Positions 40,232 to 49,666 of a stretch of DNA of 64,000 nt are shown in pieces (the first letter of the stretch is position 1; every line of letters begins with the position of its first letter). A program made the position numbers and the translations under genes. The notes beneath the pieces are model-generated. The model searched no databases. It was not told where the DNA came from and saw only the letters and a list, made by a program, of their open reading frames with translations. The stretch is from Acidimicrobiales bacterium (lineage in GTDB: Bacteria > Actinomycetota > Acidimicrobiia > Acidimicrobiales > SZUA-35), in NCBI GenBank assembly GCA_020630065.1, contig JAHDCC010000001.1:38706-102705 (forward strand). Reading direction: 5' to 3'.

Positions 40232-40956
40232 ACCTACTTAGAGTCGAAGGAATAACAAAATATTTCGGTGGTCTCGCAGCGAACAAGGACATAACCTTCG
40301 AAGTCGAAGAAGGCGAACTGCTCGGCGTGATAGGTCCTAACGGTGCCGGAAAGACCACGCTATTCGAACAGATTTCTGGGTTCAAGAAACCAAGCGAAGG
40401 TCGAGTCATTCTCGATGGAAAAGACATCACGGCTCAGCGGCCAGACAAGATTTGCTCTGCTGGTCTTGCTCGGACGTTTCAGATCGTTAAGACTTTTCCA
40501 GAGCTTACCGTTCTAGAAAATGTGATGATCGGGTCATTTCACCGAGAGTCAAGCTCTCGAGCGGCACGTAAGTACGCAGGTGAGGTTCTCGAGCGGGTCC
40601 GGTTCTCTCACAAGGCTGACGCCCTGGGTAAAGAACTGACGTTGGCTGGGCGTAAGCGAGTCGAGGTGGCGCGAGCGGTTGCCACTCGCCCTCGGATATT
40701 GCTGCTCGACGAAGCCATGGCCGGCCTCAACAAGCAAGAATCTGCCGAAGCGGTCGAAGTCGTACGCGACCTTCGTAAGGAAGTAACCGTGGTCATGATC
40801 GAACACGTCATGGAAATTCTCATGCCTCTATCCGATCGGATTGTCGTGCTGGTTGAAGGTCAAAAACTACTGGAAGGTACCCCAGAAGAAATCGCTTCGA
40901 ACCCTCAGGTTCTGGCTGCATATCTAGGAGAACGCTTTGCTGCTCGAAATAAATGA
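40228..40956 (+). CDS. livG: LivG-type ABC ATPase
   Basis: GPNGAGKTT, RTFQ, LLDE and VLAAYLG motifs. Confidence 0.92.
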   Translation: MNLLRVEGITKYFGGLAANKDITFEVEEGELLGVIGPNGAGKTTLFEQISGFKKPSEGRVILDGKDITAQRPDKICSAGLARTFQIVKTFPELTVLENVMIGSFHRESSSRAARKYAGEVLERVRFSHKADALGKELTLAGRKRVEVARAVATRPRILLLDEAMAGLNKQESAEAVEVVRDLRKEVTVVMIEHVMEILMPLSDRIVVLVEGQKLLEGTPEEIASNPQVLAAYLGERFAARNK

Positions 40957-41635
40957 TCTCAAAGTTACCTACGGCGGAGCTATTGCGCTCAATGGTGTTT
41001 CGCTAAACATCGAGCGAGGTGAAGCTGTTGGTTTAGTTGGCTCTAATGGTGCTGGTAAGACGTCCCTATTTAAAGCGATTTCGGGGATCGTGCCAGCCGA
41101 GGGGAGTATCACGTTTGACAACAAAGACCTTTTGGCGTTGAAGGCTCATGAGGTGCCTTCGTTGGGGTTGGCCCATGTCCCGGAGGGGCGTCGGCTGTTT
41201 CCTCGACTCAGCATCGAAGACAACCTTCTTCTCGGCGGGAGTTCTACCCACGTCGTCGATCAGAGTGACTTTGATCGTGTGTACAAACTGTTTCCTAAAT
41301 TGCTTGAACGTAAGACTCAGCTGGCTGGAACGTTATCTGGTGGTGAGCAGCAGATGGCGGCGATCGGTAGGGCATTAATGTCCCGACCAGAGATTTTGAT
41401 GCTGGACGAACCGTCGCTAGGTATCGCCCCGGTATTGGTTGAAGGTATTTACAAAGCGATTGCTCAGTTGCGTGACGAAGGTCAGACCATTCTTCTAGCT
41501 GAACAAAACGTTATGGAGTGTCTGGAGGTCTGTAACCGTACTTACGTCTTGCAGACCGGCCAGGTTGTCACTTCTGGACCATCCGATGAGCTTGCGGAGA
41601 ACGATGAGATCCGCAAGGCCTTTCTCGGGATTTAG
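40937..41635 (+). CDS. livF: LivF-type ABC ATPase
   Basis: GSNGAGKT, VPEGRRLF, LSGGEQQM and DEPSLG motifs. Confidence 0.92.
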   Translation: MLLEINDLKVTYGGAIALNGVSLNIERGEAVGLVGSNGAGKTSLFKAISGIVPAEGSITFDNKDLLALKAHEVPSLGLAHVPEGRRLFPRLSIEDNLLLGGSSTHVVDQSDFDRVYKLFPKLLERKTQLAGTLSGGEQQMAAIGRALMSRPEILMLDEPSLGIAPVLVEGIYKAIAQLRDEGQTILLAEQNVMECLEVCNRTYVLQTGQVVTSGPSDELAENDEIRKAFLGI

Positions 41636-41650
41636 GTCTCCCCTAATGGC

Positions 41651-41697
41651 TGACGGAACGGGCTCCCCGGTGAATGGGTTCCGAGCTCGTTCCGTCA
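41651..41697. terminator. long hairpin between convergent genes (probable bidirectional terminator)
   Basis: TGACGGAACGGGCTC ... GAGCTCGTTCCGTCA, a 15-bp stem with one G-U pair. Confidence 0.7.
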
Positions 41698-41707
41698 TTG
41701 GCCGTTT

Positions 41708-42466
41708 TCAGGCAAGATCTGATATGTCGGTGATAAACATGTGGCCTGGGTCGTGGGTGATCACCTTGTCTAGGCCTGCGTTGAAGACTGCGAGTTGCGG
41801 GGTTACGCCGCAAGCCCAAAACATAGGGACTTCGTTGTCGCCGATTGGGACAGCGTCTCCGAAGTCTGGTTGGGTGAGGTCCGAAATTCCGATTTCGGCT
41901 GGGTCTCCCACATGTAATGGCCCGCCATGAGCATGCGGATACTGTTCGGTGATTTCGATTGTTTTGTCGACGAGATGTGCTGGCATTGGTCTGAACGTCA
42001 TAACCGTCGGGCCAGAGAAAATTCCGGCAGGAATACTTTCGTGGCTGGTTATGAACATTGGAACATTACATCCGAGTTCGATATGCCGTACTGGCAGCCC
42101 GGCTCGTATCAATGCCGCCTCGAAACTGAAGCTGCATCCCAGAAGGAAAGAGACCATGTCGTCGTCCCACCAAGGAGTGACATCTTCGGCTGATTCTTCG
42201 CTTCCGTTGAGCATCACACGGTAACGAGGTAGGTCTTTTCTAAGATCGCTGCCACTAGCAGAAGCTTTGGCTTCGTAACCGTTATCGACCACTTCGATTA
42301 ACGGACAAGGTTTGGGGTTTCGTGTACAGAACAATAAGAAGTCGAATGCAGCAGATCGAGGCACCATTACCAAGTTTGTTTGAACAAATCCGGGGGCAAG
42401 ACCTGCCGTTGGCCCTGGCAGGGAGCCATCACGAATTCTCTGTCGAGTTTCTTGTGCGGGGTTCAT
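41708..42466 (-). CDS. DUF1445/UPF0317 putative hydro-lyase (D-glutamate cyclase-like, YcsI family)
   Basis: RNPKPCPL, GCSFSFE, HGGP, FWACGVTPQ and THDPGHM motifs. Confidence 0.92.
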   Translation of the reverse strand: MNPAQETRQRIRDGSLPGPTAGLAPGFVQTNLVMVPRSAAFDFLLFCTRNPKPCPLIEVVDNGYEAKASASGSDLRKDLPRYRVMLNGSEESAEDVTPWWDDDMVSFLLGCSFSFEAALIRAGLPVRHIELGCNVPMFITSHESIPAGIFSGPTVMTFRPMPAHLVDKTIEITEQYPHAHGGPLHVGDPAEIGISDLTQPDFGDAVPIGDNEVPMFWACGVTPQLAVFNAGLDKVITHDPGHMFITDISDLA

Positions 42467-42499
42467 GGTTGAACTGGGTCCTTTCAGAAATCATTCTAG

Positions 42500-42528
42500 T
42501 TGTATTCACTGTATACAGTGACTACAAT
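42500..42528. promoter_or_regulatory. palindromic operator inside a divergent promoter
   Basis: TTGTA-t-TCACTGTATACAGTGA-c-TACAA; the perfect 16-bp core sits in a TTGTAT-N17-TACAAT spacer. Confidence 0.8.
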
Positions 42529-42573
42529 AAGTGGAACGTTCGACGTTGTTGTCGGTGAGCTATAGGAGATTAC

Positions 42574-44616
42574 GTGTCGCAAAACAATAAAACAGAAGAT
42601 CGGACACCGGCCACGGACGCACCATCGACATCAGCTGATCTCAGCTTGGGTGTCGACGTCGGCGGCACATTCACCGACTTGGCATTATGGGACGGGCATA
42701 ACATAAAGGTTGGCAAAGTCTCATCTACAACCGACGATCAAAGCCGAGGTGTTATCAACGGAGCAACCGAGATAACCCCAGACGGCCAACAAGTCAGTCT
42801 CGTACACGGCACAACGGTGGCTACGAACGCGCTACTCGAACGACGAGGCGCCAAAACGTTACTGATCACCAACACCGGATTCGAGGCGGTAATCGAAATC
42901 GCCCGCCAGAATCGACCTTCGCTATACGACGCCTTCGCAGACCGAGCCGAACCGTTGGTTTCTACTGAACTTCGTTTCGGGATCTCGCTAACTGAAGAAA
43001 CAACAGAAGCCGAACTCGATGAGATCATCGCCGACATCACAACGACGTGCAAGTCTAACGGGGTCGAAGCGATCGCGATTTGCTTACTCTACGCCTATGC
43101 CGACCCTTCCCAAGAACGCCGTCTACGGTCCAAGCTAGTAGAACAATTTGACCTCCCGATCTCGATATCTTCCGAAGTGGTCGCCGAATTTCGAGAATAC
43201 GAACGGCTCTCCACCACGACCCTGAACGCGTTTCTATCACCAGAAGTCGCTAAGTACATGGGAAACCTTGGTGAACGCGCTGAACAGTCCGGACTCACAA
43301 CTGATATTGCCGTAATGCGCTCCTCGGGAGGACTTATTTCCCTACCCAAAGCCGCAAAGCTGCCGTCTTCGATCCTTCTCTCAGGCCCAGCAGGTGGTGT
43401 GGTCGCCGCAGCAGCCTTAGGTAAACAAATGGGTCACGAAACTCTCGTTTCGTTCGATATGGGCGGCACCTCTTCAGACGTATGTCGAGTCGAGAACGGG
43501 CGACCAGAAGTAACCTATAGCCGAGAAATCGAAGGATACGCCTGCCTAATGCCATCGGTGGCAGTCCATACAGTTGGTGCCGGAGGCGGATCGATAGCTT
43601 GGGTAGACGATGGCGGAGCTCTGCGAGTCGGCCCCCAATCGGCTGGCGCATTTCCCGGACCTGCTTGTTATGGGCGAGGTGGCACCGAGCCAACTGTAAC
43701 CGACGCAAACCTTGTCCTAGGCCGACTAGACCCTGCCGCTCAGCTTGCTGGATCACTTACGCTGCGGAGAGATCTAGCGTTCGAAGCGTTTGAGCGTATC
43801 GGGGACCAGATTTCGATGAGCGCAACCGATGTGGCCAAAGGGGTATTGGCAGTTGTCGAATCACACATGACCCACGCCATCCGAACCGTCTCAGTTGAGC
43901 AAGGCACAGATCCACGCCAAGCAACACTCGTCGCATTTGGAGGCGCAGGCGCTCTGCACGCTTCTTCGCTCGCGCGAGAACTCAATATGAAAGGTGTTGT
44001 CATCCCGCCTTACGCTGGTGTGTATTCAGCCTTCGGGCTCTTACTGAGTCCGCCACGAGCCGACATGGCCTGGACAGTGAACCTCGACAAATCCAGCAGT
44101 GGGCTACTCGCCCGCAAGACCGAAGAGCTATTAGAACTAGCCAAGAACCACGTGCTCAACGACAGCGGCCAGCCAGCCGAGGCCGAAGCGGTAATCGTCG
44201 ACATGCGCTACGTAGGCCAAGCCCACGAAACATCAGTTCCATACCAGCAGGACGATACCTGGGAATCCCTATGTCAGAGATACCACGCACTCCACGAGCA
44301 ACATAACGGATTTTGTCGACCAGAAGACGACGTAGAAGCGGTAACGATACGGGCAGAGGCCGTTGGCGCCCCCGCTCTATCGTGGGCTGACCTTCCGGCA
44401 TACACCCCAACAGAAGAACCGAAAAAGCGCCCATCCAGAACCATAGTTGGCACAACTGGGCTGTTACCGGCAGAGGTTTGGTGGCGACCAGCTTTGGAAC
44501 CCGGCACCCGTATCGATGGTCCAGCCATCATCGAAGAGGGCGAAACCACCATTTATATAGACGAAGGCGAACACGCCACCATCCACGAGACCGGAGCAAT
44601 AGAGATCAAATGGTAA
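42574..44616 (+). CDS. hydantoinase A / ATP-dependent 5-oxoprolinase subunit A
   Basis: DVGGTFTD, HGTTVATN, SGPAGG, DMGGTSSD, GAGGGS and GGAG motifs. Confidence 0.93.
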   Translation: MSQNNKTEDRTPATDAPSTSADLSLGVDVGGTFTDLALWDGHNIKVGKVSSTTDDQSRGVINGATEITPDGQQVSLVHGTTVATNALLERRGAKTLLITNTGFEAVIEIARQNRPSLYDAFADRAEPLVSTELRFGISLTEETTEAELDEIIADITTTCKSNGVEAIAICLLYAYADPSQERRLRSKLVEQFDLPISISSEVVAEFREYERLSTTTLNAFLSPEVAKYMGNLGERAEQSGLTTDIAVMRSSGGLISLPKAAKLPSSILLSGPAGGVVAAAALGKQMGHETLVSFDMGGTSSDVCRVENGRPEVTYSREIEGYACLMPSVAVHTVGAGGGSIAWVDDGGALRVGPQSAGAFPGPACYGRGGTEPTVTDANLVLGRLDPAAQLAGSLTLRRDLAFEAFERIGDQISMSATDVAKGVLAVVESHMTHAIRTVSVEQGTDPRQATLVAFGGAGALHASSLARELNMKGVVIPPYAGVYSAFGLLLSPPRADMAWTVNLDKSSSGLLARKTEELLELAKNHVLNDSGQPAEAEAVIVDMRYVGQAHETSVPYQQDDTWESLCQRYHALHEQHNGFCRPEDDVEAVTIRAEAVGAPALSWADLPAYTPTEEPKKRPSRTIVGTTGLLPAEVWWRPALEPGTRIDGPAIIEEGETTIYIDEGEHATIHETGAIEIKW

Positions 44617-46172
44617 ACCGAGACGTAACAACCACAACCGCAATCGATCTCGAAGTAGCGAGACATCGCTTCGCAGCAATAGCTGACGAGATGGGGGGAG
44701 TGCTCCGACGCACCGCCTATTCCCCTAACATCAAAGAGCGCGATGATTTCTCCACCGCACTGTTTGTCGCTGACGGCGAATTGCTAGCACAAGCAGAACA
44801 CATACCGGTTCACCTCGGTTCGATGCCAGCCTCGGTTCAAGCAGTTATCGAATCGTTTGGTGATTCACTACGCCCCGGGGCCCAGTACGCCGTTAATGAT
44901 CCCTACCATGGCGGAACCCACTTAAACGATCTGACGATCGTGCGACCAGTGTTCAAAGGCGAGCATCTGGTCGGGTGGGTAGGGAACCGGGCTCACCATA
45001 GCGACGTTGGTGGTGAAGCCCCAGGTTCTATGCCTGCTCATGCCACCAGACTCGAACAAGAAGGCCATATCGTCGCCCCGATGCTGGCCGCGATTGACGG
45101 CGAATGGGTATCGGACTTTTTAGACCCATTTCTGGAGGCCACCCGAACACCAGAGGAACGAATTGGTGACTTGTCGGCCCAAATCGGTGCAAACGAAATG
45201 GGAGCTGAACGGCTCGTTGAACTAGCAGAGACGTACGGGCCGACCGGTTACCAAAACATTTGCGACGGTTTGCTTTCCTACGGGGAGCGCCTGATGCGCA
45301 GTGCAATCAACAAACTGCCGACGGGTTCGTTCCATTTCGAAGATCATGTTGAAGGCTTCGACCGCCTTCACAAAATTGCGGTGACGGTAACGATAGATGG
45401 ATCCGACCTCCACGTCGATTTTGCTGGCACCGACAACCAGGTCGAAGCTAACTTCAACGCGGTCGAAGCTGTCGCTATCTCGTCACTCTATTACGCTGTT
45501 CGTGTCGCAACCGATCCGACGATTCCAGCTAACGGAGGTTGCTACCGGCCAATCTCGATGGAAGCTCCGGCCGGGTCCATAATCAATGCAAAAGCGCCAG
45601 CGGCAGTAGCGGCCGGAAACGTTGAAACAAGCCAACGAATAGCCGACGCAATACTCGGAGCGTTAGCACAAGCCAACCCAAATCAAGTGCCCGCAGCTTC
45701 GCAGGGAACAATGAACAATGTGTTGATCGGGTCCGACTCGTTCGCTTACTACGAAACCGTTGGTGGCGGTCAAGGAGCTCGCCCAAGAGGCGACGGCCAA
45801 TCAGGTATTCACACCGGCATGACAAACACTAAGAACACTCCGATCGAGAGTCTGTCGTTACATTACCCCTTCCGGATCGTAGGCTACGGACTGCGTGAAG
45901 GCAGTGGCGGTGACGGGCAATACCGGGGTGGTGAAGGCATTGTGCGCGAGATCGAGTTTCTAGAGGCAGCAACCGTGACACTCATGGGTGAACGTCGAGT
46001 AACAACCCCTTGGGGGCTGTCTGGTGGAAAGCCTGGCGCCAAAGGCGAGGACTGGTTAGTGAAAGCCAACGGGAGTAAAGAACTTCTCCCAGGTAAAACC
46101 ACCTTCGAAGTCGATGGCGGTGACAAACTTCGTGTTCTGACTCCAGGCGGCGGCGGCTGGGGCGAAGCATAG
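44610..46172 (+). CDS. hydantoinase B / 5-oxoprolinase subunit B
   Basis: SPNIKER.D, HIPVHLG, NDPYHGGTHLND, HHSDVGG and TPGGGGWG motifs; ATG 44610 overlaps the subunit A stop. Confidence 0.93.
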   Translation: MVNRDVTTTTAIDLEVARHRFAAIADEMGGVLRRTAYSPNIKERDDFSTALFVADGELLAQAEHIPVHLGSMPASVQAVIESFGDSLRPGAQYAVNDPYHGGTHLNDLTIVRPVFKGEHLVGWVGNRAHHSDVGGEAPGSMPAHATRLEQEGHIVAPMLAAIDGEWVSDFLDPFLEATRTPEERIGDLSAQIGANEMGAERLVELAETYGPTGYQNICDGLLSYGERLMRSAINKLPTGSFHFEDHVEGFDRLHKIAVTVTIDGSDLHVDFAGTDNQVEANFNAVEAVAISSLYYAVRVATDPTIPANGGCYRPISMEAPAGSIINAKAPAAVAAGNVETSQRIADAILGALAQANPNQVPAASQGTMNNVLIGSDSFAYYETVGGGQGARPRGDGQSGIHTGMTNTKNTPIESLSLHYPFRIVGYGLREGSGGDGQYRGGEGIVREIEFLEAATVTLMGERRVTTPWGLSGGKPGAKGEDWLVKANGSKELLPGKTTFEVDGGDKLRVLTPGGGGWGEA

Positions 46173-46241
46173 CTTGGTGTTGTGTGTCCGGCGTTCCTAA
46201 AGAGTAGAATCGCTCCCACTCGAGCGAACACGGGGGTTCTG

Positions 46242-46991
46242 ATGTCAGGCCATTCCAAATGGGCAACAATCAAACACAAAAAGGGTGCAGCTGACGCTAA
46301 ACGAGGGAAGCTTTTTGCCAAGCTCATCAAACAGGTCGAAGTCGCGGCCCGTCAAGGCGGCGGTGATGTTGAAAGTAACCCGACGCTACGCACAATGTTT
46401 CAGAAGGCCCGAGACAACTCGGTACCGCTCGACACGATCGAGCGTGCGGTCAAACGAGGCACCGGTGAGCTCGAAGGCGTCAACTACGAATCGATCACCT
46501 ACGAAGGCTACGCCCCAGGTGGGGTAGCGCTTTTGATCGACGCGTTGACCGACAATCGCAACCGGACCGGGTCTGAGATGCGTTCGTTGCTGTCAAAGAA
46601 CGGTGGTTCTCTGGCGGAGCCAGGCGCCGTTGCCTGGCAGTTCGAGCGCAAAGGCATCGTCAAAGTCGCTAGAGCCGTTGAAGAAGACGACGTAATGATG
46701 GCCGGGATGGACCACGGAGCCGAAGACATCGAAGACCACGGCGAACACTGGCTCGTTACGTGCGAACCGCCAGACGTCGAGTCGCTGCGTGCAGCGTTAG
46801 AAGCCGAAGGCATAGAAGTTCTCGAGTCGGACTCGACGATGAAACCAAAAAATTCGATAGAAGTAGCCGACAAAGGTACCGTCACCTCTGTTATGAGTCT
46901 GATCGATATTCTCGACGATCAAGACGACGTTCAAGACATCTACTCGAACATCGACATTCCCGAAGACCTGTTGGAGTCACCGGAAGAATAG
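46242..46991 (+). CDS. yebC: YebC/PmpR family protein
   Basis: MSGHSKWATIKHKK, YEGY and TDNRNRT motifs. Confidence 0.96.
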   Translation: MSGHSKWATIKHKKGAADAKRGKLFAKLIKQVEVAARQGGGDVESNPTLRTMFQKARDNSVPLDTIERAVKRGTGELEGVNYESITYEGYAPGGVALLIDALTDNRNRTGSEMRSLLSKNGGSLAEPGAVAWQFERKGIVKVARAVEEDDVMMAGMDHGAEDIEDHGEHWLVTCEPPDVESLRAALEAEGIEVLESDSTMKPKNSIEVADKGTVTSVMSLIDILDDQDDVQDIYSNIDIPEDLLESPEE

Positions 46992-46994
46992 TTG

Positions 46995-47825
46995 TCAGAC
47001 GCCTAGCAGCCTAGAACGTGTCACGCTGCGCACGCCTCGAGTCAAACTGAGCAACGCGATAATCCATGCCAAGAAACCAATGATCCAGGGCAGATAACCG
47101 GCCCCAAACAGTGAGCCGGTTGCCTGGCTGTAGGCGATCCCGATCAGGGGAAGTGACACGAGCCCTGATGCTTGTTGAGCAGCCGCAGTCGAAGAGACCC
47201 GAGCCGAGAGTCGCAAGACGATCGAAAGGCAAAGCACTAAAAACGGTGGCAATACCCAACCAATCATGATCCACCATTGAGCAGTAGGGAAAAACCAGCC
47301 TCCAACATCGGGTCCGACAAGAACGTTCACGAGTAGCGAATACAAGCCAAAACCAACCAACACCGTGCAGTATCCGGGAAGAACACTAGCGCCGAGTTTC
47401 CCTAAATAAATTTCAGTAGTACTGGCTGGGCAATGAGCTAAGAATTCGCCGGTGCCGCGTTCTCGTTCCCCGACGATAGTAGATGCGCCAACCGCAGTCG
47501 AAATAGTCAGTGGAACGACAATAGCCATCGGAGCAAAAAGAAAGACCGCCAGGGCATATCCAGTTTGGCCTTGAGGAGACTGCCCTTCGATTTGTGCTTG
47601 AGCACTATCTGGGAGAACGGCCAAGGTATCCGACACCTGACTTACGACTTCAACGCTGCCGATTTGGGTGACAGTCAACAGAAGAACCCCAGGGATGATT
47701 ACAAAGAAAAATCCTCCCAAAAAGATCATGGGAGCCCAGAAATCTTTCGCCTGAATAAGTTGCTTGAGATCTGTCTTAGCAACTGTCACAACTCGCGACC
47801 ATCTGATCCCGCTTGAACCGGTCAT
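46995..47825 (-). CDS. ABC-2 type exporter permease
   Basis: IVGERERGTGE motif; about 6 TM helices. Confidence 0.85.
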   Translation of the reverse strand: MTGSSGIRWSRVVTVAKTDLKQLIQAKDFWAPMIFLGGFFFVIIPGVLLLTVTQIGSVEVVSQVSDTLAVLPDSAQAQIEGQSPQGQTGYALAVFLFAPMAIVVPLTISTAVGASTIVGERERGTGEFLAHCPASTTEIYLGKLGASVLPGYCTVLVGFGLYSLLVNVLVGPDVGGWFFPTAQWWIMIGWVLPPFLVLCLSIVLRLSARVSSTAAAQQASGLVSLPLIGIAYSQATGSLFGAGYLPWIIGFLAWIIALLSLTRGVRSVTRSRLLGV

Positions 47826-48820
47826 GACGAAACTCCCACTGATTGGCCCGTCGAAACCGGTGGAAGAGCAGACACCTTAGTTGATTGGCCGGCTTCTCGA
47901 CGAATAGCGAAATAGAGGTCTTCGAGGCTCGGCTCGAACGGCCGGACCGATGTCAACGCAGCGCCAGCACCTACAACCAGGGTTACCAAATCAGGTATGA
48001 CCGCAGCGTCGGTAACCTTCACAACAGCAGTGTCATCTGAACGAGCGTATTCTTTAACCCCGACCGTGTTGGCTAACACATCAAGGCGATCACCAACAGT
48101 TGCGGTAAACGTTACTTCTGTGTCAGGCCAGTATCGGTCTGCGATTTGTTGAGGCTTGCCCGAGATCAAACTTGTACCCGCTTCAATCATGATAATTTCG
48201 TCCGCCAGTCCCTCAGCCTCGGACAACAGATGGGTACACATCAGCACAGTCTGGCCACTCTGGGTCATAGTCCGAATGAGTTCGAGTACTGCCTGAGCCG
48301 ATTCTGGATCTAGGCCTGATGTTGGTTCGTCGAGAAGTAGTAACTGTGGGTCATGAAGAATAGATCTGGCGAGCGCAAGCCGGGTTTTCATACCGGTGGA
48401 ATATCCGCCGACTCGTTGATCTAATGCTTCGGAAATCCCAAAACGAGCGGCACAGGTGCGAATTTTCTGCTCAACGCTGGTCATCTTGGCGAGGCCGTAG
48501 AGTTCTGCGGCGTACAGCAGGTTGTCGTAGCCGCTAAGACGGTCATACAGGGAAGGTTTGGCAGACACGACTCCGCATGACGCTCGGATTAGCTCTCCTC
48601 CGGGGCCGCTCGGATCACGTCCTAGTACATTGACCGTGCCGGAGGTCGGTGTCAAAGCACCGGTGATCAGACGTATTGCGGTGGTTTTGCCTGCTCCGTT
48701 GGGTCCCAGCAGCACAGTAATTTCGCCAGGAGGTGCTACAAGATCCAGGTTGTCGATCGCCTGGATTTGCCCGAAACTAAGGCTGACGGTTTGAAGATTG
48801 ATGGTCGCATAATCTGACAC
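47822..48820 (-). CDS. ABC exporter ATP-binding protein
   Basis: GPNGAGKTT, YSTGMK and LDEPTSGLD motifs. Confidence 0.9.
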   Translation of the reverse strand: MSDYATINLQTVSLSFGQIQAIDNLDLVAPPGEITVLLGPNGAGKTTAIRLITGALTPTSGTVNVLGRDPSGPGGELIRASCGVVSAKPSLYDRLSGYDNLLYAAELYGLAKMTSVEQKIRTCAARFGISEALDQRVGGYSTGMKTRLALARSILHDPQLLLLDEPTSGLDPESAQAVLELIRTMTQSGQTVLMCTHLLSEAEGLADEIIMIEAGTSLISGKPQQIADRYWPDTEVTFTATVGDRLDVLANTVGVKEYARSDDTAVVKVTDAAVIPDLVTLVVGAGAALTSVRPFEPSLEDLYFAIRREAGQSTKVSALPPVSTGQSVGVSS

Positions 48821-48903
48821 TCCGTAGGTATCGACACGAAACCCAACGCGCCTTACTAGCTATTTAGCGCATCGCTGAGCCAATCCGGTAGATTCGTAGC
48901 AGT

Positions 48904-49539
48904 ATGAGCGACGACGACTTTTCCGTAGATGGTATTCCACTTCCGTTGTCGACACCGGACGAAGATGCCTGGGAATCGTACTTGACATCGACGCTAGAGC
49001 AGCTGGGCGCTGATGGCTCAACTGGTCTGACGAACAAGAAGTTGGCCGAGCTTGAACGCGTCGTTGGGGTACAGCTCCCGTTCGAAGTTGGACTTCTTCT
49101 TGTTATGGGCGTGCCCGACACCGACGGCTGGAGACAATGGGGCGAGAACCCGGCTGAGCAGTTTAAAGAGTGGAATACTTGGTTGGTAGAAGGCGTTATG
49201 TTCGACGTTGAACATAACGCCTTCTGGCTATCCTCGTGGGGGCTACGCCCAGATGAACCGGCTCATCGATTCGAGATTGTTGAAGCAGCCGTCGCTGCAG
49301 CTCCGCCACTGCTGCCTATATATGGTCACCGATGTATCCCGCTCACAAAGGCTCGGGGAGAAGAATCCGCCGAATCGAACCCTGTACTTTCGGTCTACCA
49401 AACCGACCTAGTCGTGTATGGCACCGACGTCGCTGATTGGCTCCACAACGAATTCGACGTACCGCTACCGCTTTGGCCAAAGACAGCTGACCGGTGGTTT
49501 CCACTCTGGTCAGAACTGATCGAAACTAACACAAACTGA
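48904..49539 (+). CDS. SMI1/KNR4 (SUKH)-like protein
   Basis: GLT...LAELERVVGVQLP start; APPLLPIYGHR and NPVLSVYQTD..YG motifs. Confidence 0.65.
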   Translation: MSDDDFSVDGIPLPLSTPDEDAWESYLTSTLEQLGADGSTGLTNKKLAELERVVGVQLPFEVGLLLVMGVPDTDGWRQWGENPAEQFKEWNTWLVEGVMFDVEHNAFWLSSWGLRPDEPAHRFEIVEAAVAAAPPLLPIYGHRCIPLTKARGEESAESNPVLSVYQTDLVVYGTDVADWLHNEFDVPLPLWPKTADRWFPLWSELIETNTN

Positions 49540-49645
49540 TCGAATCGTCCTATACCCACATTGCTACAGCCGCCAAACCCGCACTGCGTCAAACCCCACG
49601 AAAATCGATTGGTGAATATGTCGGGCAAAACGGACCAAAACCGGC

Positions 49646-49666
49646 TAGCGTCGTACATGTGTTCGT
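49646..49666 (+). promoter_or_regulatory. leaderless -10 plus LexA (SOS) box-like site at the ruvC start
   Basis: TAGCGT (49646) then TCGTAC-ATGT-GTTCGT (49651-49666), versus consensus TCGAAC-N4-GTTCGA. Confidence 0.6.
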
